From: Ostreococcus lucimarinus
Lineage: Eukaryota
Direction: 5' to 3' (one strand)
DNA: 64,000 nucleotides
Assembly: GCA_000092065.1 (NCBI GenBank)
Contig: CP000586.1
A program made the translations under genes and the position numbers. Below, piece by piece: positions 8,834-17,692 of this stretch; position 1 is the stretch's first letter; each line of letters starts with the position of its first letter. The notes beneath the pieces are model-generated. The model made no database searches, was not told the origin of the DNA, and worked only from the letters and a program-made list of their open reading frames with translations.

Positions 8834-10102
8834 ATGCTTTCCACCGTTCGAAGTCGCGGTACGCGCGCGATCCCGGGCACTCATTCGCTCTGGAACGTCC
8901 TCGTGCGCGACGACGGTGTGGAAGATGGCAGCGCGAGCGGGGGTATGATGGGGAAGTCGTTCGGTGATAAAAGGCGCGCATACAGCGCGCAAACGCGCGT
9001 TGCGAGCGCGTACGCCGGTGGTTTCGATGTATACGGTAAGCTGGGTTTCGTTCGCTCACCGTCATTGCTACCGTTCGCGGCGAGTGCGCACGGAGTGGGA
9101 AGGCGCCGCGCACCCGGGGCGATGACCTCTCAGACGAGAAATTTGTTTGGGTTCGGAAGGAAGAAAGGTGGTGAAGCAGTGGCGGAAATGACGACTGCAG
9201 GTGGCGCCGCGGAAACGTTGACGAGCGCGAGCGATCTCGCACCGGTCGTCGGATCGCTGGCGAGCGAAGTAGTACCGGTGGCGTCGCAGAGTTGGCCCAC
9301 GACGGCGGCGCTCATGTACGCGATGGAGTATTTCCACGTCGCGCACGGGCTTGAGTGGTGGTTGGCCATCGTTGGGGCGACGGTATTTATGAGGACTATC
9401 ACGTTTCCGTTGATCGTGATGCAAATGAGGAACACGGCGAAGATGCAGTTGTGTAAGCCAGAACTTGAGGCACTGCAAGCGAAGATGAAGTCGAACCCTC
9501 AACAAGACCCGGAATTGGCGAATGCGTATTACAAAGAGATGCAGAAGGTGTGGAAAAAGTACGACGTAAATCCAGTGAAGAGTTTCGCGCCGATACTCAT
9601 CAACGCGCCGGTGTTTATCTCTTTTTTCTTTGCCATTTCTAAAATGGCTCAAGGTGTTCCATCTTTTGAAAGCGGCGGACCTTCGATGTATCCCGATCTT
9701 TCCATGGCTGATCCAACGTACTCGTTACCTATTCTGTCTTCGCTGACTTTCTTAGCTTCAGTCGAGCTCGGGGCGGTGGAGGGTATGCAAACCAGTCAGA
9801 GCGCTCAGATGAAATGGTTTCTTCGCGCGTTAGCCGTGGCCATGGTTCCGCTCACCGCGAGTTTCCCCCAAGGCGTCTTCGTGTACTGGATCACGTCCAA
9901 CATATTCTCCGGATTTCAAACTTCCATCACGCGCACGAAGGCTTTCAAATCTACGATGGGCATCCCCGACGTCTCCGCCGTCGCCGAGGCGCCCGCCGAA
10001 GCCGCGCTCGGTCGCGTCCAACTCGACCGTTTCCAAAAGAAGTACGGCGCCACGCCCACGTTGCACAAGCGTCCACCGACGCAAAAGCAGCGCAAGAAAT
10101 AG
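8834..10102 (+). CDS. OXA1: Oxa1/Alb3/YidC-family membrane protein insertase
   Basis: Conserved core WWLAIVGATVFMRTITFPLIVMQMRNTAKMQLCKPELEALQAKMK..YKEMQKVWKKYDVNPVKSFAPILINAPVFISFFFAI. An Arg-rich N-terminal presequence is present. Confidence 0.85.
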   Translation: MLSTVRSRGTRAIPGTHSLWNVLVRDDGVEDGSASGGMMGKSFGDKRRAYSAQTRVASAYAGGFDVYGKLGFVRSPSLLPFAASAHGVGRRRAPGAMTSQTRNLFGFGRKKGGEAVAEMTTAGGAAETLTSASDLAPVVGSLASEVVPVASQSWPTTAALMYAMEYFHVAHGLEWWLAIVGATVFMRTITFPLIVMQMRNTAKMQLCKPELEALQAKMKSNPQQDPELANAYYKEMQKVWKKYDVNPVKSFAPILINAPVFISFFFAISKMAQGVPSFESGGPSMYPDLSMADPTYSLPILSSLTFLASVELGAVEGMQTSQSAQMKWFLRALAVAMVPLTASFPQGVFVYWITSNIFSGFQTSITRTKAFKSTMGIPDVSAVAEAPAEAALGRVQLDRFQKKYGATPTLHKRPPTQKQRKK

Positions 10103-10321
10103 ACGTTCGACTTTCCTAGTCTAGCTTTACATGTCATAGAAACGTCATCTATAGCGACTCGCGTCCCGCGCGCGCGCGCGCGCATCCACATCGCTCCGAT
10201 TTGTCACTGTTTGCGCATACGAATCGTAAACCCCAGACATTCCGATTTTTCCCTCGCCGCTCGCGTCGCCCCGTCCCGCGCGGGTCGGTCGCGCGACGCG
10301 AGTGCTCGACCCGCGCGCGCG

Positions 10322-11752
10322 ATGTTGGCCGCGCGCGCGTCGTCACCGCTCGCGGTGACGCGCGCGAGCGATGCGCGCGTCGTCGTGCGCGCGCGATCGA
10401 CGGCGACGGCGACGAGCGCGTCGGCGTTCGCGTCGACGCGTTCGCGCGCGCGCATCAACGGATACGGTGGAATCGTCGCGCGAACGCGCGCCGTGACGAA
10501 GACGCGCGCGAGCGATGAAGCGCGCGCGAGGGCGTGGGGACGAACGCGCGAAGTCGGCGTCGCGGGCGAGCGCGCGAGCGGCGCGGACGCGGACGCGGGC
10601 GCGCGGAATCGGGCGGCGCGACGAGCGACGGCGCGAGACGCGCGCGCGGGGGGCGCGGCGGGAGGAAATCTCGGCAACATCGTCACGGGGGACGAACGCG
10701 CGTGGTGGCGAGACGTTCGAGCGAATGCGTCGGCGAACGCGAGCGGGAGCGAGGATTCTGGGAGCGAAGACGAGGGCGCGGACGCGCCGCAGAAGAATAC
10801 GTTGGTGAGTTTGTTGTCGGGCTTTGTGAGTCGCTTGGTGAAGCCTTTGCAAGATTTCGGCTTTGGGCGCACGCGCTTGTGGGAAGGAGGCGTTGGGTTA
10901 TTTATGATAACTGGTGTCGCGCTTTCCTTCGTGATTTGGGGATGGATCCAAGGCTTGCTGAGCTTTGCGCGCAAAAACTCGTATCAGGCATTTATCGAGT
11001 TTCCGGTGGCGTGCGGGATCCAAGTCGGCACGAATGTTCGAATTCGTGGCGTCAAGGCTGGTTCCGTGCTGAGCGTGCAACCGAGCTTGGAGAAGGTCGA
11101 AGTGCTTGTGGAGATGGACGACAAGAACGTTCCCATACCTCGCAACTCTCTCATAGAGGCAAACCAAAGCGGTTTGATCGCAGAAACAATCATTGACATC
11201 ACTCCCGCCATCCCGATTCCAGTGGCTCAGTGGGGGCCTTTGGATTCTGGATGTGAAGGTGAGGGCGTGATCGTGTGTGATCGGGGTAAGATTAAGGGTC
11301 TGCCGGGGGTGAGCATGGACGAACTCGTCGGTATTTGTACGAAGCTCGCGAGAGAGATGGAAAGGCAAGACGGCATGAACAAGATGTTCGATACGACCGA
11401 CACGGCTAGACGACTGATGACGACTTTGCAACCGCTTCTTCGTGAGGCGGCGCAAATCGCCCAAGAGCTCCGACCGATGATGCAAGGAGTGAACGAACAA
11501 GGCACTTTGGACACGCTCGAATCGCTCGCCGGTCAGACATCAGCCACCGTGGAAGACATCAGAAAGCTCAAGGATGCAATTTTGACCGAGGAGAATCAAG
11601 AACTTCTTCGACAATCCATTTCGACGCTCACGAAGACGCTGCAACACGTCGAAAAGGTGAGCGGGGATATTAGTAGTGTGTCCGGTGATCCGAGCACTCG
11701 CGCAAACTTGCGACACTTGATTCAATCGCTGTCGCGATTGGTTGACGCATAG
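10322..11752 (+). CDS. TGD2: TGD2-like MCE-domain (MlaD) lipid-transport protein with plastid-type transit peptide and C-terminal coiled coil
   Basis: The presequence MLAARASSPLAVTRA.. leads to a TM helix (VGLFMITGVALSFVIWGW) and an MCE domain (FIEFPVACGIQVGTNVRIRGVKAGSVLSVQPSLEKVEVLVEMDDKNVPIPRNSLIEANQSGLIAETIIDITP). The six-frame ORF begins upstream at 10211; the ATG at 10322 is preferred. Confidence 0.75.
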   Translation: MLAARASSPLAVTRASDARVVVRARSTATATSASAFASTRSRARINGYGGIVARTRAVTKTRASDEARARAWGRTREVGVAGERASGADADAGARNRAARRATARDARAGGAAGGNLGNIVTGDERAWWRDVRANASANASGSEDSGSEDEGADAPQKNTLVSLLSGFVSRLVKPLQDFGFGRTRLWEGGVGLFMITGVALSFVIWGWIQGLLSFARKNSYQAFIEFPVACGIQVGTNVRIRGVKAGSVLSVQPSLEKVEVLVEMDDKNVPIPRNSLIEANQSGLIAETIIDITPAIPIPVAQWGPLDSGCEGEGVIVCDRGKIKGLPGVSMDELVGICTKLAREMERQDGMNKMFDTTDTARRLMTTLQPLLREAAQIAQELRPMMQGVNEQGTLDTLESLAGQTSATVEDIRKLKDAILTEENQELLRQSISTLTKTLQHVEKVSGDISSVSGDPSTRANLRHLIQSLSRLVDA

Positions 11753-11810
11753 ACTACTCTTAATTCTAACCGCTAATTAGCATGTTCTATTTGCGACGCA
11801 CGCTCTGCGA

Positions 11811-12182
11811 TCACGCCGTCGAGCTACTCCCCTCGGGGTACTTGCGCAGAACCACTCCGGTCGACTCAACCGCCGTCTGCACCGCAGACAGCGCGTTCGT
11901 AAAATCACGAACCTCGTCATCTAGCGATTCCGCATGCGCAGCTTTCAGCGCTCGAACCGTCGTGGTTTTCGTGAAATACTCTTCGCTGTCCTTGATCGTC
12001 GCGGCCCACGTTTCGGACCCACTCACTCGTCCACCGAAGATGCGTAACGCGCGCGCCGCGCCCTTCAACTGCCCATACGCGAACCCAGCCTTGCCACCGT
12101 CGAGGAAACCTTCGTTAAACCCGCTCTGAATAGTTTCTGCTTTCCCCTCTTCCAAGCCTTCGAGGTATCCGGCGTTGTGATG
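11811..12182 (-). CDS. Yae1-domain protein (Yae1/LTO1 family, Fe-S assembly adaptor-like), exon 2 of 2
   Basis: GxxxG-repeat Yae1_N signature HHNAGYLEGLEEGKAETIQSGFNEGFLDGGKAGFAYGQLKGAARAL. This exon has no in-frame ATG. An acceptor ..tatcgtcgcgcgcag| lies upstream. Confidence 0.6.
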   Translation of the reverse strand, partial: HHNAGYLEGLEEGKAETIQSGFNEGFLDGGKAGFAYGQLKGAARALRIFGGRVSGSETWAATIKDSEEYFTKTTTVRALKAAHAESLDDEVRDFTNALSAVQTAVESTGVVLRKYPEGSSSTA

Positions 12183-12269
12183 CTGCGCGCGACGATAAAG
12201 TCATCGGGACGGTCAGTCTTTGCTCGGCTGCGCGCGCGCGACTTTCGACGGCTCGCGGCATCAGCGCAC

Positions 12270-12380
12270 CTTGCGTCGCTCGACGTCGGCGTCGGAAACG
12301 TGCTGCACGCAGTCGTCTTCGCGTGAGTCGTCGCCCGCATCGTCGTCGTCAGACGCCGCCCACGCGTCCACGCACGGCAT
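12270..12380 (-). CDS. Yae1-domain protein, exon 1 of 2 (acidic N-terminus)
   Basis: ATG at 12380 opens MPCVDAWAASDDDDAGDDSREDDCVQHVSDADVERRK, followed by donor AAG|gtgcgctg. Splicing joins RK to HHNAGY in frame, reproducing the Yae1 motif spacing. Confidence 0.5.
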
Positions 12381-12522
12381 GGCGCGAGGCGACGTCTGGG
12401 GACCCGCGGCGAGAGTGCGCGAGAGCGCGCAGCGCGTTTTGATTTTACGCGCGGGCGCGAATAGGACGTGAAACGACCGATTAAACGCTCGAAATGTTTT
12501 GCAAAAAATACGCTCTAATAAA

Positions 12523-14004
12523 CTAAACGAGAAGAGGAGAGTCTAAGACGGCGTACCCCGCCGCGACGCCGCCTTCGTCGGAAGTCGCCGCCTTCGTCCG
12601 GAGCAAACTCCCACCGTGTTTATTGATCACGATCTCGTCGCCTACGCGGAGATAACTACCGTAAATACCTAACTCGGACAGTGTTTCGATTTCGAGCACC
12701 TTACCGGCGCGAACGGTGAGCGTTTGATGAGATGGAGGGAGAATGCGTTGCATGAGAATGAACGCGCCCAAGTCTCCGCCGAGTTCAAGTCGTTTGCGCA
12801 AATCGTCCGAATACAAATTATTTCCACCACCCTCACGCTGAGGCTTTAAGACGTAGCCCGCTGGATTCGCGAGTGCGAGTTTAATCGCCTCGGTGCCTTC
12901 GTCGCCGTCTAAGGAATACAAATCTGCAAAGACACGTCGCATGTCCGCGGCGCGTTCCGGCATGAACGATTCGAGCACGCCCGCTTCTGCGAGCTTTTGT
13001 TGCACCTTCTTCGATCCCGCCAAGTGCATTGCCACCGAAGGGCTCTTCAAAGCGTTCGATTGTTCGATTAACAACCGTGCTGACCATTCGCCACTGGTCG
13101 GATAGTCCGACGGGGTGTATCCGGCTCGAAAGTACACCAAGCCGATGTCGTCGCCTCGAAACGTGAGCGTTCCGTCGCGCAACGCGCCCTCGGCGTTTAC
13201 TTCGGCTAAAGTCGCTCTGACGGTGTGAATTCCGTGCGTTTCGAATATATAATGCGAGATGTGCCGCTGATCGAACATATTACGCTCGTTCGGCTGAACC
13301 ACCATCATGATTTTCCCTTTACTCCCCATCGCTTTCCATCCCGCCGCGAGGACGTCGCCCGCGCTCGAGAGCGCGTCGTTCTGTGGCATCGCGTCGAAAT
13401 CCACCACTTCTCCAGGTTTCGCCGACCACGCCGCTAAGTGTCTATGCATCGCGCTCACCTTCGATCCGAGCGCCATGAACGACGTGCTCACCGTGTTCAC
13501 CTCGACTTGCAAAGGCAACCCGCTCGGCGCGTCGAGCATGTAATCGCTTCGCAACACGCCAACCTCCGCCTTCTGTCTCCCCTCTTGCCCGCCGCTCCGT
13601 TCGTACACGTCCCACAGCGCGGCCGTGAATGCATCGTTCTTAATCGCCCCCCGCAGCGTTTCCCTCAGGAATCCATCGTCCCTCGACACTCCGTCGTACA
13701 GCTCCGCGAACGCCGGCGACGTCGCCTCGGCGAGCTCGTACGCGCTCCTCGGAAACGTCGTCGGCGCGCACGACACCGGCGCGTGCGTGAACGTCCCCGC
13801 TTCGTCTCCTCCGATCATCAATCCGTGTTCGACGCAGTACGCCACCGCTTCCACCGCGCGCGCGCTCGTCGCGCCCTCGCGCACGAGCCCGCGGTTTCCC
13901 GCCCCGGTCGTCGTCGCCGTCGCTCGCGTCGTCGTCGTCCCGCGTCGTCGTCCCATCGTCGCGCGCGTCGTCGCTCGCGTCGTCGTCGCGCGCGTCGTCG
14001 CCAT
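12523..14004 (-). CDS. GSS: Eukaryotic-type glutathione synthetase
   Basis: Diagnostic segments are ..VLKPQREGGGNNLYSDDLRKRL.. and the N-terminal substrate-binding region AVAYCVEHGLMIGG..FTHAPVSCAPTTFPRSAYE. The length is about 490 aa. Confidence 0.85.
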   Translation of the reverse strand: MATTRATTTRATTRATMGRRRGTTTTRATATTTGAGNRGLVREGATSARAVEAVAYCVEHGLMIGGDEAGTFTHAPVSCAPTTFPRSAYELAEATSPAFAELYDGVSRDDGFLRETLRGAIKNDAFTAALWDVYERSGGQEGRQKAEVGVLRSDYMLDAPSGLPLQVEVNTVSTSFMALGSKVSAMHRHLAAWSAKPGEVVDFDAMPQNDALSSAGDVLAAGWKAMGSKGKIMMVVQPNERNMFDQRHISHYIFETHGIHTVRATLAEVNAEGALRDGTLTFRGDDIGLVYFRAGYTPSDYPTSGEWSARLLIEQSNALKSPSVAMHLAGSKKVQQKLAEAGVLESFMPERAADMRRVFADLYSLDGDEGTEAIKLALANPAGYVLKPQREGGGNNLYSDDLRKRLELGGDLGAFILMQRILPPSHQTLTVRAGKVLEIETLSELGIYGSYLRVGDEIVINKHGGSLLRTKAATSDEGGVAAGYAVLDSPLLV

Positions 14005-14137
14005 CCGCGTCCACCGCGCGCGCCGTCGCGCGTCGACGTGCGTCGCCGGGAGTCTTCGACGCGGTCGAGGACGCCGAACGCGAAAACACGCGCGCGGAGA
14101 CTCGCCGGTTCGGAAAAATTGGATCCGTTATAGTGCT

Positions 14138-14193
14138 ATCTTGGGTCCGCCCTCAGTGGTCGTCCATCTTGGGTCCGCCCTCAGTGGTCGTCC
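14138..14193. repeat. 28-bp tandem duplication in GSS/CPAP divergent promoter
   Basis: atcttgggtccgccctcagtggtcgtcc occurs twice back-to-back. It is flanked on both sides by gccggttcgg (14104-14113 and 14194-14203). Confidence 0.85.
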
Positions 14194-14245
14194 GCCGGTT
14201 CGGCGACGCGTTTGAACGCGCGCCACATCGCGCGCGACGACGGCC

Positions 14246-15871
14246 ATGAGCCTGGACGACGTCCCGATCAACGGCGATCGAACGAGGACGTGGGAGGAGA
14301 TCATCGCGAGCGCGCTGGAGGGGGACGGCGGGACGACGACGACGACGACGACGACGCGCGACGACGACGATGCGGATTGTTTAAAGTCAACGCCGACGAG
14401 GAGTTACTTGAAAAAGGGGACGCGAGCGATGCGGACGTCGCCGTTGACGCCGAAAACGGCGGGAACGACGCCGAATGTGACGAACGCGCGATCGAAGGTG
14501 GGGCGCGCGCGAGGGATGAGCCCGAGGGGGGGGGGGGAAAGAGGAACGGGGACGACGACGGCGGAACGACGAAGAGGAACGACGACGACGACGAGTCCGA
14601 GTCCGAAAATCGCGTTCGGGAGGCGCGAAGAGTCGCGCTCACCGCGACGAGCAGGTGGTGGGTTGTTTGACCACGACGTGAACGTTCAACCGTCGACGAT
14701 GGAGGCGTGGAGAGAACATAAAGCGAGGAGCGCGAGGGAGACGAAGGAATTCGAGGCGCTCGAGTCGCGGTTGTGGAGCGAGACGAAGGCAAAGGAAGAG
14801 GCCGAGAGGCGATCGTTCGATGACGTGAGATCGGGTACGGTCGTTCGTGACTTTGTCTCTTCGTCGACTGCGGAGGAAGAGGAAGCGCGCGCTGCCTTTG
14901 AGCGCGCCAAGGCGAGTCTGGCGAGCGAAAGACAACGATTCGCCGACGAACGGGCGGCGTGGGAAGCGAAAAGAGACGACGCCGAGGAAGCGTTCAAGGC
15001 TGAGTGTGAGGACGTGCGCAGACAGTTCAAGCGCGAAAAGGCGGCGTTGATGCGCGAGGCGGAGGCACACTTAGCACTACCCACGAAACAGGAGCGCAAT
15101 GAAGCCAAGTTTCTTCGCGAACAGCTCGAGCGCAACGAGGCTGAATTCAAAGCCGAGCAACAACGAGCCAAGCTCACGGTGGATCGCCTGCGGCAACAAA
15201 TCGTCGATCTGACGAACGAAATTTCGGAACTTCGCATGGAGAAAAGGTTGCTGGAAGAGAAGTGCGAGGTATCGAATCGTTTGCAAGCGAAGGCTTTGTC
15301 GACGACGCCGCCTCGTCGAGTCGAGCCGGTCGTCGAGATCGCTTCGCCCGCGAGTTCGCGGCCTGGGATGACGATTTCGTCGGAACCGAGTCCATCTAGG
15401 CGTGTATATGCGGATGATACGACGTACTTTGCACCTCGTGCGCTCAGTGTGCGCGATCCGCTCCCGAGCGTGAGCGATAAAGTTCGATTACGAAGCACCG
15501 CGGGTCTCGAACGCGAGATTCCGCACGAGGATGGTCGGGTCGAGCGCGTCTTTGCTGACGGTCGTCGCGTCGTATTTTTCGCAAACGGCACGATTAAGGA
15601 AATCGATGGTCATGAAACGACTATTTTCTTCACCAACGGTGATATCAAACGCACTCACCAAAACGGTATCATCGAGTATTACTACTTCGACGTCGAGACG
15701 TGGCACACCACGCACCCAACCGGCGTTGAGCTCTACCATTTCGTTCAAACCAATCAAGTCGAACTTCACGCCGCGGGCGACGAGCCCAAGGATAAGGAAA
15801 TCTTATTTCCAGACGGAACCCTTCGTCGCGTTTACTCGAACGGCTTCGAGGAAGACGTGGCCGGATTGTAA
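14246..15871 (+). CDS. CPAP/SAS-4 (CENPJ)-like centriolar protein: coiled coil plus C-terminal TCP10_C/G-box domain
   Basis: The C-terminus FADGRRVVFFANGTIKEIDGHETTIFFTNGDIKRTHQNGIIEYYYFDVETWHTTHPTGVELYHFVQTNQVELHAAGDEPKDKEILFPDGTLRRVYSNGFEE matches G-box repeats of CPAP. A long coiled coil lies upstream. Confidence 0.8.
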   Translation: MSLDDVPINGDRTRTWEEIIASALEGDGGTTTTTTTTRDDDDADCLKSTPTRSYLKKGTRAMRTSPLTPKTAGTTPNVTNARSKVGRARGMSPRGGGERGTGTTTAERRRGTTTTTSPSPKIAFGRREESRSPRRAGGGLFDHDVNVQPSTMEAWREHKARSARETKEFEALESRLWSETKAKEEAERRSFDDVRSGTVVRDFVSSSTAEEEEARAAFERAKASLASERQRFADERAAWEAKRDDAEEAFKAECEDVRRQFKREKAALMREAEAHLALPTKQERNEAKFLREQLERNEAEFKAEQQRAKLTVDRLRQQIVDLTNEISELRMEKRLLEEKCEVSNRLQAKALSTTPPRRVEPVVEIASPASSRPGMTISSEPSPSRRVYADDTTYFAPRALSVRDPLPSVSDKVRLRSTAGLEREIPHEDGRVERVFADGRRVVFFANGTIKEIDGHETTIFFTNGDIKRTHQNGIIEYYYFDVETWHTTHPTGVELYHFVQTNQVELHAAGDEPKDKEILFPDGTLRRVYSNGFEEDVAGL

Positions 15872-16006
15872 TAATTTAAAAAAGTCAACGCGCGCGCGAA
15901 GCCAACTCAACCCAAAAAGCCGCAGATCGCACCATTCGTTGACGCGTGTCACGCGTCTACGCGAGCAGACTTCGTCGAGCCTGTTCCCGTCAAACGCACA
16001 CGCACG

Positions 16007-16456
16007 ATGACGTCTTTAGATTTACGCACCGCCACGCTCGAGCAGCTCAAAGTCGCCGACGAACAGCTCCGCGAGGAAGTCACGTCGTACTCGGAATCTT
16101 TGCAGATGTTGAGCAAAGCGGTGAGTCGATACCACTCCTCGGGATCGGCGATCGAAGAGCTGTCGAAAGAAACTGTGGGTAAGGACATGCTCGTCCCACT
16201 CACGGAGTCGTTGTACGTGCCGGGTAAGATTGCGGCGGTCGATAAAGTCTTGCTCGACGTCGGCACGGGGTACTTCATCGAGCACGACACCGAGAAAGGG
16301 ATCGATTACTGTAAGCGCAAGGTGAACTTTATTCGAGATAACATGGAAAAGTTGATGGAGCTCGTGGGTAAGAAACGCAAGCAATTGTTGCTGGTGCAGG
16401 ACTTTCTGCGAGCGCGCACGCAAGAGGCGGCGCAGGCGCAGGCAGGGGCGAAATAG
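16007..16456 (+). CDS. PFD5: Prefoldin subunit 5 (alpha-type prefoldin)
   Basis: 149 aa. Coiled coil, beta hairpin (LVPLTESLYVPGKI), coiled coil, and the N-terminus ..LEQLKVADEQLREEV.. fit alpha-class prefoldin. Confidence 0.8.
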   Translation: MTSLDLRTATLEQLKVADEQLREEVTSYSESLQMLSKAVSRYHSSGSAIEELSKETVGKDMLVPLTESLYVPGKIAAVDKVLLDVGTGYFIEHDTEKGIDYCKRKVNFIRDNMEKLMELVGKKRKQLLLVQDFLRARTQEAAQAQAGAK

Positions 16457-16498
16457 GCTAAGTATTAATTACAACTTTAGACACTTTAGACCGACTCG

Positions 16499-17515
16499 TC
16501 ATTCATCCTCCTCAACCTCGACTGTGTTCTGGAGTATTTCCGGAGGTGGACCATCGAGAGACATGGTAAAATGCGCTAGAAACTCCGTGTTGCCCTCTTT
16601 CGCGCCTTTAATCGGCGAAGTGGTGTGATCGATGTACTCGAATCCGTACAGTTTGGCGCCTTGAATGACGTTTTCAATCACCTCCTTGTGAACGTTTGCG
16701 TCTCGAACCACGCCTTTGGAGCCGATTTGACTTCGCTTGGCCTCAAATTGAGGCTTGATCAGCACTAACATCGTCCCCCCTGGCTTTAATATTCTACAAA
16801 TCGCTGGTAACACCTTTAGGACGGAGATGAATGACAGATCCAACGTCACGACGTCGACGATGTCTGGAAGGTCCGTGACGTATCGTAAATTTGTGCGCTC
16901 CATGATGATGACTCTCTCGTCTTGCCTAATCTTCTCAGCCACTTGACCGTACCCCACATCAACCCCGTACACCTTCTTCGCTCCGCTCTGGAGTAAACAA
17001 TCGGTGAAACCGCCCGTGCTAAGCCCAGAGTCGAGCGCCGTACATCCCGAGACGTCCACGCCAAAGTGCGCGAGCGCCTTTTCCAACTTCAATCCCGCTC
17101 GACACACAAACTTCGGCTGCTCCGCGATGACTTCAATCTTCACGCTCGGCTTGAGTTTCGTTCCAGCCTTCGTCACGGGCTGTCCATCGACCAATACCTT
17201 CCCCTGCGCGATCCAACTCTGCGCCACGTTGCGCGACAACTCGGGATTACGCGCGACGGTGAGTTCATCCAACCTTTGTTTCGCCCCCGTCACCGGCGCC
17301 GCGACGCGTCCGCTCGTCTCCGCTCGCGCGTTCTCGCTTCTCTCGTCCCCACTCGCGCTCGCGCTCCATCGTCGCGCGCGTTCGCGTCGTCCCGCGCCCG
17401 CCGCGCGCGTCCCGCTCGCCGCCTCGCCTTGGCACCGCCGCCACCGTTCTCTCGCGCACGCGCGCGTCACCGCCCCTCGCGCGCGCGTCGCCGCGCGCGC
17501 GAGCATCGCGCGCAT
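16499..17515 (-). CDS. TlyA-family rRNA 2'-O-methyltransferase (S4 RNA-binding plus FtsJ-like domain), organelle-targeted
   Basis: S4 domain (RLDELTVARNPELSRNVAQSWIAQGKVLVDGQPVTKAG) and FtsJ fold (CTALDSGLSTGGFTDCLLQSGAKKVYGVDVGYGQ..DLSFISV..) are present, with an Arg/Ala-rich presequence from the ATG at 17515. The longer six-frame ORF to 18310 overlaps the opposite-strand gene and is rejected. Confidence 0.75.
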   Translation of the reverse strand: MRAMLARAATRARGAVTRACARERWRRCQGEAASGTRAAGAGRRERARRWSASASGDERSENARAETSGRVAAPVTGAKQRLDELTVARNPELSRNVAQSWIAQGKVLVDGQPVTKAGTKLKPSVKIEVIAEQPKFVCRAGLKLEKALAHFGVDVSGCTALDSGLSTGGFTDCLLQSGAKKVYGVDVGYGQVAEKIRQDERVIIMERTNLRYVTDLPDIVDVVTLDLSFISVLKVLPAICRILKPGGTMLVLIKPQFEAKRSQIGSKGVVRDANVHKEVIENVIQGAKLYGFEYIDHTTSPIKGAKEGNTEFLAHFTMSLDGPPPEILQNTVEVEEDE

Positions 17516-17692
17516 CTCGCGCGTCGCCTCGCGCGTCGGCGCCCCTCTCGCGGTCCCCGCGTCCCGCCGTTTCGCCGTCTCGGCGTCGCGGTGTCCCGGT
17601 CCAACGACCGCGACCGACCAAACCCTCGCGGCGACGGCGGCGACGGCGCACTCGCGGACGCGCGACGACGACGTCGACGCGCGCGGCGAACG

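Noticed and set aside
10204-10974. 256-aa minus-strand ORF and several others (10343-10852, 10515-10808, 10534-11196) antisense to, or out of frame with, the TGD2-like gene
   Set aside because: They are Arg-rich artefacts inside the GC-rich transit-peptide region of a gene with a clear MCE domain on the plus strand.
13438-14215. Plus-strand ORFs of 231 and 196 aa antisense to glutathione synthetase, and minus-strand ORFs (14301-15591) antisense to the CPAP-like gene
   Set aside because: Both real genes have strong family signatures. The antisense frames translate to poly-Arg/Ser low complexity.
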